Part shown: piece by piece, positions 1-8,629 of the stretch
How the letters are laid out: each line of letters starts with the position of its first letter
Position numbering within the stretch: the first letter of the stretch is position 1
Assembly: GCA_027314025.1 (NCBI GenBank)
Contig: DAHVCP010000026.1
Coordinates: forward strand, 129,237 to 193,236
Source of the DNA: Acidobacteriota bacterium
GTDB lineage: Bacteria; Acidobacteriota; Terriglobia; Terriglobales; SCQP01
Reading direction: 5' to 3'
DNA length: 64,000 nucleotides
Position numbers and translations under genes: made by a program
Notes under the pieces: model-generated
The model's database searches: none
Told to the model about the DNA's origin: nothing
What the model saw: the letters and a program-made list of their open reading frames with translations, nothing else

Positions 1-477
1 GTGGAAGCTGCGCAGGTAGTATTCCCCCGCCAGCTTGGCCGCCGCATATGGGGACAACGGGTCGGGCAGCATGTCTTCCCGCTTGGGCAGCGTCGGCTGG
101 TTGCCGTAGGCGGAGGAAGACGCGGCGTAGACCACGCGCGCCACGCCGGCATCCCGCGCCGCGACCAGCAGCTCCACCGTGGCGGTCACGTTGGCGTGGT
201 GCGTGCCCGCTGGGTCGGCGACCGAGCGGGGCACGGAGGGAATCGCCGCTTCATGGAAGATGCAACGGACGCCGCCGCAAGCCGCCGCCGCGATTTTGGG
301 GTTCGCCAGGTCGCCTTCCATCAAGTCGAGGCCCTTCAAGCCCGCCAGGTTTTCCCGCCTTCCGGTGGCGAAGTTGTCCACGCCGCGCACGGCATGGCCC
401 TGCGCCAGCAAGGCGCGGGCGATGGCGGAGCCGATGAAGCCGGCGACGCCGGTGACCAAATAGCGGGGCTCACTCAT
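1..477 (-). CDS. NAD-dependent sugar-nucleotide epimerase/dehydratase (extended SDR). Only the N-terminal 159 codons are present; the 3' end runs off the left window edge.
   Basis: My own reverse-strand translation from the ATG at 477 reads MSEPRYLVTGVAGFIGSAIARALL...SPYAAAKLAGEYYLRSFH. It has a GxxGxxG Rossmann motif and a YxxxK catalytic motif. It is absent from the ORF track because the window edge truncates it. Confidence 0.8.
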   Translation of the reverse strand, partial: MSEPRYLVTGVAGFIGSAIARALLAQGHAVRGVDNFATGRRENLAGLKGLDLMEGDLANPKIAAAACGGVRCIFHEAAIPSVPRSVADPAGTHHANVTATVELLVAARDAGVARVVYAASSSAYGNQPTLPKREDMLPDPLSPYAAAKLAGEYYLRSFH

Positions 478-525
478 GGAAAAAGGGTAACAGGCGGACG
501 ACGCGGGTCGCGCGACCCCGGCGGG

Positions 526-2055
526 TCAGGGTCGGCGCCGCGGAACGTAGAGAAAACTGCGGCGGGAATGGAATGCGAGACGATAATGGCGGGCAATCGC
601 CGTGGCCAGGGAGGGAAAGATGGCCGGTCCAGTGACATTTTCGTAATACCTGACCGGCCGCATGAGTTCCACCGCGCTGAATTGCCGCCGGCGCACTTGC
701 CCCAGCAGCGGGCGGGGGTCGAGCTGGTGGGTCAGCACGCGTTCGCTGGCGTCGAAGGGATCGTAGACGTAGGGCTTGCCGGCGCGGGCGCAGTAGAGCA
801 GGTTTTCGCAGAGCGCCGCACCCGGGTGCTGGCGCAGAAAGCGCACCTGCGTTTGGAAGCGCGTTTGGCGGCCGGACAGTTTGAAGATGGCGGTGAAATG
901 AAACTGCTTATGGGGAAAGCGCGACGAGCGCCGGTACCACGCCGGACCCAGGGACAGCAGCAGCACCAGGGGCACCGCGACCTCCGCCCTACGGCCGGCC
1001 CGCGAGGTTGCCGCCCACCGCTGCCCCTCCATCAGCCAGGGAACGAACAAAGCGCTGATTGTGGCGGTTGCGAGGAACCAGTCAAAATAGGCGTTGAACC
1101 ACACCCCGTCGCCGCCGCCGAAGACAAAGCCCACCCCCAGCGCGCACCAAAACCACAGCGCAACCACCCGCGCCCGTCCAGGCCGCAGGTGAGCCAGGCT
1201 CCATAACGCGGCGGCGATCGCGGCGACTTCAATAGGCGCGAGGCTCCAGCGGAACAGCTTGAACCAGGCCTGCGCGAGGGAATATCGGCGTGCGGACAGC
1301 AGGTTGGCGACAAAGTAGGGGCCATTGGCCCAGATCTCCCAGCCGATCGAGACCGCCAAAAACGCCGCGCCCAGGACGATGAACTTGGCCGCCGCGCGGC
1401 GGCTCGTCAGCAGGAGGTCGAGCAGCACCGCCAGCGGAAAATCCACCAGGTTGTGCTTGATATTGCCGCCGATGAGGAACAGCGCCGTCACCGCCGCCAG
1501 CCGGCCCCAGTTTGGTTCGCCGCTGATGTAAACGTAGAATCCGGCGAGAAAGAACATCTGCGCCAGGATTTGCGGGTCATCCAGGCCGACGTAGGAACGG
1601 GCGGCGATGGCGAAGATGGCGAGGCAGAAGAGAGCGGCGAAGGCGGCGTGGCGGGCGCCCGCTCCCAACCGCCGCGCGACGCAGGCTACCAGTACGCAGG
1701 AAACCAGCAGCGCGCCAAGCGACAGGAAGCGGCCGGCGAACAGGGAGGAGGCGCCTAGGCCATGCAGCCAGGCGACGATGTGAAACGATAGCGCCGGGTA
1801 GTTGAAATCCGTCCAGGCGGGCGGATGGGCGTAGACCTTGCGCCCATGAAACACCATCCGCGCGGCATACACGTTCCAGCCTTCGTTAAAGCCGAAGCCC
1901 GTCAGGTAAAACGCCCGGGCGACCGGATAGGACGCGGCGAGCAGCGCAATGATTCCGGTCAGAATCGTGGGCAGCCACAGCCAGCCGCTCGGCCGCGCGG
2001 CGGGGGGTGCGGCAGGTGAGACCTCGGGTTGCGGCGGCGTGCTGGGGGCGGGCAT
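526..2055 (-). CDS. Polytopic membrane protein, probable GT-C-fold glycosyltransferase (ArnT/PMT-like). The family is unresolved.
   Basis: A 509-aa ORF with many hydrophobic segments and aromatic-rich loops. It starts 9 nt downstream of a GT2-GtrA polyprenyl-phosphate sugar synthase gene, which is the classic donor-synthase/GT-C pairing. Confidence 0.5.
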   Translation of the reverse strand: MPAPSTPPQPEVSPAAPPAARPSGWLWLPTILTGIIALLAASYPVARAFYLTGFGFNEGWNVYAARMVFHGRKVYAHPPAWTDFNYPALSFHIVAWLHGLGASSLFAGRFLSLGALLVSCVLVACVARRLGAGARHAAFAALFCLAIFAIAARSYVGLDDPQILAQMFFLAGFYVYISGEPNWGRLAAVTALFLIGGNIKHNLVDFPLAVLLDLLLTSRRAAAKFIVLGAAFLAVSIGWEIWANGPYFVANLLSARRYSLAQAWFKLFRWSLAPIEVAAIAAALWSLAHLRPGRARVVALWFWCALGVGFVFGGGDGVWFNAYFDWFLATATISALFVPWLMEGQRWAATSRAGRRAEVAVPLVLLLSLGPAWYRRSSRFPHKQFHFTAIFKLSGRQTRFQTQVRFLRQHPGAALCENLLYCARAGKPYVYDPFDASERVLTHQLDPRPLLGQVRRRQFSAVELMRPVRYYENVTGPAIFPSLATAIARHYRLAFHSRRSFLYVPRRRP

Positions 2056-2064
2056 GCGGCGGTT

Positions 2065-3213
2065 CTATTTTGCCGCCATGCGCAACGGTTCGGGCGCCAG
2101 GACCGCGGCGTTCCGGGGCTGAATCCGGGAGGAAGCCGGAGCCGGCCAGGTCAGGGTCGCGTTGGCAGCGAAGTTCCAACTGGAGGCCAGGCCAATCCCC
2201 AGCGTGAGCGCCGGCACCCAGCCGATCGCGGGCGTCAGCATCGCCACGGCAGCCGTGTTGAGCCCCAGGCCGATCAGGGAAAAGGCAAAAAAGCGAAAAA
2301 AGCGGCGGACCACGGCGCGGGCTCCGCGGTCGGCCTGGGCGGCGGCCCGGAAGGTGAAGGTTTCGTTTCCGGCGAAGTTGTTGGCGAGGGCCAGCGCCGC
2401 GGCCAGCGCCGCCGCGGGCGCCAGGGGGGCGTCCCAATGCCGCATGGCGGCGAAGGCGGCGAAGTTCACCACCACCCCGCTCAGCCCCACCAGGCCAAAA
2501 CGGAACATTTTGCGAAGTTCGCCGGTGGCGGCGGCCAGGGCCAGCAGTTGCCGCAAGAACTGGGTGGCGACGCCGGCTCCCGCCTTGCTGCGGCCCGCCT
2601 GCCGGCGGGCAAACGTAAACGGAACTTCGCTGACCCGCGGCGGCCGGCAGCGCGCCAGAATCTCAATCAGCAACTTATAGCCCCGCGGCCGCAGCGCGCT
2701 CAGGTCCACGGCGGAGCGGCGGAACAGGAAAAACCCGGACATCGGATCGGTCAGGCCGGTCAATACGCCGGGCAGCAGCAGCCCGGCGGCCGCCGAGGCG
2801 GCGCCCGTCAGCACGCGCCGCAGCGCCGCGGCGCCTGTGTGCGCGGCGCCGGCGTAGCGGCTGGCAACGACCACATCGGCGTCCGCATCCCGCTGCCAGC
2901 GCACCATGGCCGTCAGTGTGGCCGGCGGGTGCTGAAAGTCGGCATCCATGCAGGCCAGCAGATCACCGTGCGCTTGCCTCCAGCCGGTGACGACTGCGGT
3001 GGATAGATCCCGCGACCGCGAGATCAGGCGCAGCCATGCCCGGCCCTCGGCTTGCAGCCGCTGCACCTCGGCGCCCGTGCCGTCCGGACTGGAATCGTCC
3101 ACGACGATAATCTCGAAGCTTTCGCCGCTAGCGGTCAGCGCCGCCGCCGCCTGGTCTACCACCGCGGCGATACAAGGCCGCTCGTTGTATGTGGGAATGA
3201 TGAGGGAAATCAT
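2065..3213 (-). CDS. GT2 polyprenyl-phosphate glycosyltransferase (DPM1/ArnC-like) fused to a C-terminal GtrA-like membrane domain
   Basis: GT2 motifs are MISLIIPTYNE, VVDDSSPDGT and DADFQHPP. The C-terminal part (FRFGLVGLSGVVVNF...SSWNFAANATLTW) is GtrA-like. The start was moved to the ATG at 3213; the ORF-track N-terminal extension is low-complexity. Confidence 0.8.
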   Translation of the reverse strand: MISLIIPTYNERPCIAAVVDQAAAALTASGESFEIIVVDDSSPDGTGAEVQRLQAEGRAWLRLISRSRDLSTAVVTGWRQAHGDLLACMDADFQHPPATLTAMVRWQRDADADVVVASRYAGAAHTGAAALRRVLTGAASAAAGLLLPGVLTGLTDPMSGFFLFRRSAVDLSALRPRGYKLLIEILARCRPPRVSEVPFTFARRQAGRSKAGAGVATQFLRQLLALAAATGELRKMFRFGLVGLSGVVVNFAAFAAMRHWDAPLAPAAALAAALALANNFAGNETFTFRAAAQADRGARAVVRRFFRFFAFSLIGLGLNTAAVAMLTPAIGWVPALTLGIGLASSWNFAANATLTWPAPASSRIQPRNAAVLAPEPLRMAAK

Positions 3214-3249
3214 CTGGGCGGGCCTCGTGGGCGGCAAGCAGAGCTTGAG

Positions 3250-3264
3250 GCAATCCGCGGGCCA
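3250..3264 (-). promoter_or_regulatory. Candidate sigma-54 (-24/-12) promoter for the GT2-GtrA / GT-C / epimerase operon
   Basis: The minus strand reads TGGCCC-GCGGA-TTGC, with correct GG-N10-GC spacing. The -12 element lies about 37 nt upstream of the ATG at 3213. Confidence 0.4.
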
Positions 3265-3665
3265 CCTGCCGCAGCTCGGCAGCCGTGGATAAGATCCTTG
3301 CCAACAGTGAGTTGCGGCATTCGCCCCGGAGGCGTTCGCATGTTTTTGTCGCCCCCTTGCGGCCATGGCGGCCACAATTTGTCAGCCGCCGCCGTGGCCC
3401 CCCTGGGCGCATGCGCCGGGCCGCGTCGGCGCCCGGCCGGATGGCGGCGCGGTCAGGAATTGTCAAGCTAACTCTCTGCTGGGGAAAGCATTTTCCCGCG
3501 ACGGCAATGGCCTTCCCGCGCTCCTCTGCCGCTTGCCCGCCACCGGCCCTCGGGGAGCTCCACGATTGAGTCTGCAAACTCTTGCATTTGTTCATCTTGG
3601 GCACGCTTCCGCCGTCCCGCAGAGGGCCCGCGGATGTTTGGCCCACTAGCTGCTCTATCGGGAGA

Positions 3666-4706
3666 ATGATGGCCACGGAACCACTCATTGCCTCGGCGGT
3701 GGGCAACCCGCTCCCTCCGGAAGAGGTCGTGTTTGGCGTCTCTCCGGCAATGGCTCCGGTCCGGCAGTTAGTCGGCAAGGCCGCCGGCGCCAACATCCCG
3801 GTGCTCATCCGCGGGGAAAGCGGGACCGGCAAGGAGATCATTGCCACCCTGCTGCATGAACAATCCCCGTGGGCCGCGGGTCCGTTGGTGAAGGTGAACT
3901 GTCCGGCGATTCCTGGTTCCCTGGTGGAGAGCGAGCTGTTTGGCTATGAGAAAGGCGCGTTTACCGGCGCCCAGGTCGCCAAGCCCGGACGCGTCGAGGC
4001 GGCGCACGGCGGCACGCTGTTTTTGGACGAAATCGGCGATCTCGACCCGTCGCTCCAGGCGAAGCTGTTGCAGCTGTTGCAGGACGGGAACTTCACTCGC
4101 ATCGGCTCAGCCAGCGATAAACATGTCGAGGTGCGAGTGGTTTGCGCCACCAACCGTCCTCTCGAGGAGGAGATGGCCGCGGGTGGTTTTCGGCGCGATC
4201 TGTACTATCGCATCAACGCCATCACGATTCATCTCCCACCCTTGCGCGAGCGCAGCGCGGATATTCCCATGCTGGTGGAATACCTCCTCGAGTACTACAC
4301 GCGCAAGTATAATCGCCAGCCCGCGCCGTTGTCGGCCTTGATCATGGGTGAGATGTGCCGCAATTCCTGGCCGGGAAATATTCGCCAGTTGGAAAACCTG
4401 ATCCGCAGATACGTGATCGTGGGCTCCGAGGATGTGATCTTGGCGGAGTTATTGAGCCGCTCCGACGATTGGGCGCTGCCCGTGCCGAACGGGTCCTGCT
4501 CGCTCAAAACCGTGACGCGCGAAGTGGTCGCCAAGGTGGAGCGGAAATTCATCCTGCGAGCGCTACAAGCGGCCAATTGGAACCGGCGTCGCGCCGCGGG
4601 AGCGCTCAATATCAGTTATCGCTCCCTGTTGTACAAGATCAAGGAGGCGGGCATTCCGCCGCACCGCAGCCCGGTGCGCAACAACGTGCAGCGCGAAGAG
4701 GCGTAG
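3666..4706 (+). CDS. Sigma-54-dependent transcriptional activator (bacterial enhancer-binding protein): AAA+ domain plus Fis-type HTH, with no N-terminal receiver or sensor domain
   Basis: Motifs are Walker A GESGTGKE, GAFTGA, Walker B LFLDEIGDL and a C-terminal HTH (AAGALNISYRSLLYKIKEAGI). Only about 50 residues precede the AAA+ core. The start was set at ATGATG 3666. Confidence 0.85.
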   Translation: MMATEPLIASAVGNPLPPEEVVFGVSPAMAPVRQLVGKAAGANIPVLIRGESGTGKEIIATLLHEQSPWAAGPLVKVNCPAIPGSLVESELFGYEKGAFTGAQVAKPGRVEAAHGGTLFLDEIGDLDPSLQAKLLQLLQDGNFTRIGSASDKHVEVRVVCATNRPLEEEMAAGGFRRDLYYRINAITIHLPPLRERSADIPMLVEYLLEYYTRKYNRQPAPLSALIMGEMCRNSWPGNIRQLENLIRRYVIVGSEDVILAELLSRSDDWALPVPNGSCSLKTVTREVVAKVERKFILRALQAANWNRRRAAGALNISYRSLLYKIKEAGIPPHRSPVRNNVQREEA

Positions 4707-4736
4707 CTCCGGCCGCGCGGGGACGCGGTTGCGGGC

Positions 4737-4765
4737 AAAAAAAAGGGAGCACGCACGGCGCTCCC
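4737..4765 (-). terminator. Rho-independent terminator candidate for the minus-strand exosortase operon
   Basis: The minus strand reads GGGAGC-(9 nt)-GCTCCC followed by T8 (A8 at 4737-4744 on the plus strand). It lies about 175 nt downstream of the stop of the 4942-5328 gene. Confidence 0.45.
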
Positions 4766-4941
4766 TGAAGTGCAAATGTCTGGCGCGTTCGCGCCCTCGG
4801 CTAGTGCCCAAAAAAGTTCCGCGGGTTCGCCTCGTCGCGGTGGCGGTGGTGCGCAACACCTCCAATGCGCGCGTGCTGCTCTCCCCCTGGCGACCTCCGA
4901 GCGGCGGCAGCCTGGGCGATGCGAGGCGGCCGGCGCCGAAT

Positions 4942-5328
4942 CTACGGCACGACCGCGGTGGCTTGGTTGGAATAGGCGCTCTGGACGCCGCCCGAGGTCA
5001 CTGCCGCCGTCACGTAGTAGTAGGTGTTTTTCGCCTGCACCGTCTTGTCCGTGTAGGTCGTGTTCGTAATCGGCGAGCTGGTCAGCGCCTTGTAGGGTCC
5101 GCCCGACTTCGTGCTGCGGAACACCATGTAACCCGCCACGGAGGACGTGCTGGCGGCCCAGGACAGCGACACGGAATGGGTTGTCGTCGCGCCGCCGCCG
5201 TTACTGTTGCTGCTGGAAGAACTGCTGGAACTGGAGGCGAGTGACGCGGCGCCGCCGCATCCCGCCAAGCCGAGCAGCAGCGGGGCGGCAATCAGGGCAA
5301 CGGTGAGCGAACGAAGGATTCGGTTCAT
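4942..5328 (-). CDS. Small lipoprotein with a poly-Ser linker and one fibronectin type III-like domain
   Basis: The signal peptide plus lipobox is LLLGLAGC. A run SSSSSSSSSNSNGGG is followed by SVSLSWAAS...GYMVFRS...YYYVTAAV...SNQATA, an FN3-like pattern. Confidence 0.6.
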   Translation of the reverse strand: MNRILRSLTVALIAAPLLLGLAGCGGAASLASSSSSSSSSNSNGGGATTTHSVSLSWAASTSSVAGYMVFRSTKSGGPYKALTSSPITNTTYTDKTVQAKNTYYYVTAAVTSGGVQSAYSNQATAVVP

Positions 5329-5441
5329 AGGATCCCCCTACATTAGCTCCATGATGCGGTGTATGAGTCAATGACGCCATAAGGCGAAAGACCAGGATCG
5401 GGCCAGGTCAAAGCCAGGCTGTTCACAATTGAGACACGGCG

Positions 5442-6218
5442 TCAGCTAGGCGGCGGAGACCCGTCCGGCGCGTACCCCAGTTCGGCTTCCGTATCGGGCG
5501 TGGCATTCGACCACCGCAGCCACAGCCGATGATAGCGTTCGTCGCCGAGCACGGCCTGTAGGCTGCGGGCCGCCAGGCGCCGCAATCGCTGCCGGCCGAG
5601 CGCGGCGGGCTTGGCGGCAAGTCGCGCGGCGATATCAGCGGCGGTATCGTGCCGGCGGGCCATGTAGCGCCCCAGGACCTCCACTCCGGCCAGGACCCGG
5701 GGCTGGGCGCCTGCCTCCGAGGTGAACACTCGGGCATAGCCAGCCTCGGCGCACGCCGCCACGACGCTCCCGTTCCAGCGTCCGGCCGGCATGGAGATCT
5801 CGCTGACCTCCCGTCCGATCCGGTCTTCGATCACTTGCTTGGACCGGCGCAACTCCTCATGCAGCTGTCTGCGGTCGCAGGCGGGCAGAAACACATGCGA
5901 CCAACCATGCGATTGCACCGAGTGCCCGAGGTCGGCGAGTGCCGACAGCTGGCTCCAGCTGAGAAATCCGGCCCGCGCCCCGATCCATGCCGCGGTGATG
6001 AATAACGTGGCCTTGGCGCCGCGGGCTTCCAGCCGGGGCAAAGCGTATTCGAAAATGGAGGCGTCGCCGTCGTCGAATGAGATCGCGGCGTCCGGGGGCA
6101 GGCGCGCGGCGGCCGGCGCCAGCACCTCTAAATGCGCCGCAAACTGTTCCGGCGTGACGGAATACAGGTAGCGCGCGGACTCACTGGGCCGAATCTGATG
6201 ATAGGTGAGGTGGAACAT
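5442..6218 (-). CDS. Polysaccharide deacetylase (NodB / CE4 family)
   Basis: Motifs are ISFDDGDASIFEYALPRLEARGAKATLFI and HGWSH, the NodB-homology metal/catalytic motifs. Confidence 0.75.
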   Translation of the reverse strand: MFHLTYHQIRPSESARYLYSVTPEQFAAHLEVLAPAAARLPPDAAISFDDGDASIFEYALPRLEARGAKATLFITAAWIGARAGFLSWSQLSALADLGHSVQSHGWSHVFLPACDRRQLHEELRRSKQVIEDRIGREVSEISMPAGRWNGSVVAACAEAGYARVFTSEAGAQPRVLAGVEVLGRYMARRHDTAADIAARLAAKPAALGRQRLRRLAARSLQAVLGDERYHRLWLRWSNATPDTEAELGYAPDGSPPPS

Positions 6219-6364
6219 CCGCGGCGGTTTTCCCCATCTCCATCTTGCCGGAAGGAGCGCGCCCGCGCTAGCCGTCCGGGACGGGCGCCGCGTGCGGCAT
6301 GGAATGGGAAGCCGTGAGCGGATGGGGCGTGGTTCGGCCCGTGGCGGCGGGGAGAAATCCGCCT

Positions 6365-8629
6365 TCAGTGGGCGGCCAGAATGCGCTGCGCTTCCGGGCG
6401 TTGGCGGAGCGCTGCGTTCAGCCGCACTGCGGCGGAGAGCGCAACCCGCGCCTCCCGTTTGTGGCCGTCCGCGAACAGCGCCTCGGCTAAATGGAAATGG
6501 AACATCGCGTTTTGGGGTTGCTGCTCGACCGCCGGCCGCAGGAGCGCAATGGCGCTGGCGTTCAGGTGCATTTTGAGATAGACCGTAGCCAGCGTATCGG
6601 CGACCGTGGGCACGTTCGGCAGCGCATGCAGCGCCCGCTGCGCCAGCACCATCGCTTGCGGCAGGTCACGCCCCTGTTTCGCGTAGAGATAGGCAAGATT
6701 ATTGTTCGCCACCCCGGAATCGGGCGCGATGGCCAAGGCGCGCCGGTAGTCGCGTTGCGCCTGAGCCTCGTCGCCGTTCTGCTCGGCAATCATTCCGAGC
6801 ATGGTCCATAGGCCGGCATTGTGGGGATGGCGCCGGAGCGCGGCGGCGTATTCCGCCTCCGCTGCGGACAGCTTGTGGTCTTGGGCGTAGAGGCTGGCGA
6901 GGAGCAGATAGGGCGTCAGGCTCGCGGGAGACAGCCGCACCGCGCGTTGCAGCGTTTGCTCCGCGTCCTCGGTCCGGTGTTGCCGGGCATAGAGGCTGGC
7001 GAGCAGTTCATCGAGCGGCGCGGTTTCCTGCCGGCGGACCTGGCCGCGCACCAGCTGGAGAGCGGCGCCGGGATGGCCCTGGGCAAGCTGCACGTTGGCC
7101 AGCCCAGCCACCGCCGCGGGATCGCCCGGCGCCAGCCGAAGCGCTTGCTGAAACTGCTGCTCGGCGGCCGGATAGTCCCGTCCCCGCAAGTACGCGCCGC
7201 CGAGGCGTAGGTACGGTTGAGGAAGACGGGGAGCCAGTTGCTCCGCCTGACGCCAGTCCTTGGTGGCCGCGAAATTCTGGTGCAACTGGGCTTCCGCGTC
7301 ACCTCGCACCAACCATGTCCCGGCAAATTGCGGCTGCCATGCGCTGGCCTGGGTGGCGTAGTCGAGCGCTTGGTTCGGATGGCCTTGGGCCAGCAGCAGC
7401 CGCGCCAGTGCGGCGGCGGCCAGCGCATCGCGGGGGTGGGCGCGGAGCGATCGCTGATAGGATGCGACGGCCTTCATGGGTTGGTGCAACTGGGTGTAGG
7501 CCTGTCCCAGCAGGTCATCCACCGCGGGGAGACCGGAATTGAGTTGATGCGCGGCGGTTAAGTCTTGCAGCGCCGCTTGGCTCTGGCCCAAAGCCAATTC
7601 GATCCGCGCCCGCAGCAGGCGCACCGCCGCTTGGTGGGGATGTTCTTGCGCCAACGCGTCCGCTAAGCTCCGTGCGCGGGCGGTGCGTCCCTGCGCGAAG
7701 TCAATTTCGATCCGCTGCAGGCGCGCGGGCAGAAAATTCGGCGCCGCATGCGCCAGCGCGGCATCAATCGCTTTGGCCTGCTGAGGATGCCCCTGGCTTT
7801 CCAGGAAGCGGGCCAGGGCAAAGCGCGCCGCTGGGGCGCCATGTTCCAGACGCACCACGGCGCGCAGGGCGGCCTCGGCGCGCCGCGGGTGATGCTGCTC
7901 CGCGTAGAACATGGCCAGCGTGCCGCGGGCTTGGGCGGAGCGGGGATGGGCCTGGACCGCCGCCAGCAGCTCCCGCTCCGCGGCCCCGGGATGGTGCTCG
8001 CTCAGATCCAGTCCGGCGAGCTCCCGCCGCGCCTCCAATGAGCCGGAATTGATGGCGAGCACCTGGTTCCAGGTAGCGCGCGCCCCGGCCGAATCGCCCC
8101 CCGCCAGCTCCACCGCGCCCAGCGCCAATAGTCCCGGCTGGAACCGCGGTTGGCGGGCGACCAACGCCCGCAGCAACTTCCGCGCCTCCGGCGCCTTCCC
8201 TTGCCGCGCCAGCGCCGCGGCAAGCAGGATGGTGGCATTGCCATCGCCGGGGTGCTGGGCCAGCACCGCCTGGGCGTCGGCCTGGGCCTTGGCCGTTTGC
8301 CCCGCGGCCAGTTCGATCCGTCCGGCCGCGAGCCGGGCCGCGGCGTCAGCCGGGCGCAACTGGACCGCCTGGCGATATTCTCTCAGCGCTAAGCCGAACT
8401 GCTCCTCGCGGGCGTAGGCGCGGGCCAGGCGGACGTGCAGCGCCGCGGACTGCGGCGCAATCCGCAGTGCGTTGCGGAGTTCGATGACGGCGGCGGCATA
8501 CCGCCCGCTCCGCATGTCGGCGCGGGCTTGCGCCCGGAAGTGGGCTTCCCGCTGGGCGGGGCTGCTGCATCCGGCAGCGGCGGTGAGGAGAACCGCCGCC
8601 GCGGCGAGAAAAAGGAGATGGCGTTTCAT
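6365..8629 (-). CDS. prsT: PEP-CTERM-system TPR-repeat lipoprotein (PrsT-like)
   Basis: The start was reset to MKRHLLFLAAAAVLLTAAAGCSS (lipobox). The remaining roughly 730 aa are TPR repeats throughout. Its ATG overlaps the exosortase stop (ATGA at 8626-8629). Confidence 0.7.
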   Translation of the reverse strand: MKRHLLFLAAAAVLLTAAAGCSSPAQREAHFRAQARADMRSGRYAAAVIELRNALRIAPQSAALHVRLARAYAREEQFGLALREYRQAVQLRPADAAARLAAGRIELAAGQTAKAQADAQAVLAQHPGDGNATILLAAALARQGKAPEARKLLRALVARQPRFQPGLLALGAVELAGGDSAGARATWNQVLAINSGSLEARRELAGLDLSEHHPGAAERELLAAVQAHPRSAQARGTLAMFYAEQHHPRRAEAALRAVVRLEHGAPAARFALARFLESQGHPQQAKAIDAALAHAAPNFLPARLQRIEIDFAQGRTARARSLADALAQEHPHQAAVRLLRARIELALGQSQAALQDLTAAHQLNSGLPAVDDLLGQAYTQLHQPMKAVASYQRSLRAHPRDALAAAALARLLLAQGHPNQALDYATQASAWQPQFAGTWLVRGDAEAQLHQNFAATKDWRQAEQLAPRLPQPYLRLGGAYLRGRDYPAAEQQFQQALRLAPGDPAAVAGLANVQLAQGHPGAALQLVRGQVRRQETAPLDELLASLYARQHRTEDAEQTLQRAVRLSPASLTPYLLLASLYAQDHKLSAAEAEYAAALRRHPHNAGLWTMLGMIAEQNGDEAQAQRDYRRALAIAPDSGVANNNLAYLYAKQGRDLPQAMVLAQRALHALPNVPTVADTLATVYLKMHLNASAIALLRPAVEQQPQNAMFHFHLAEALFADGHKREARVALSAAVRLNAALRQRPEAQRILAAH

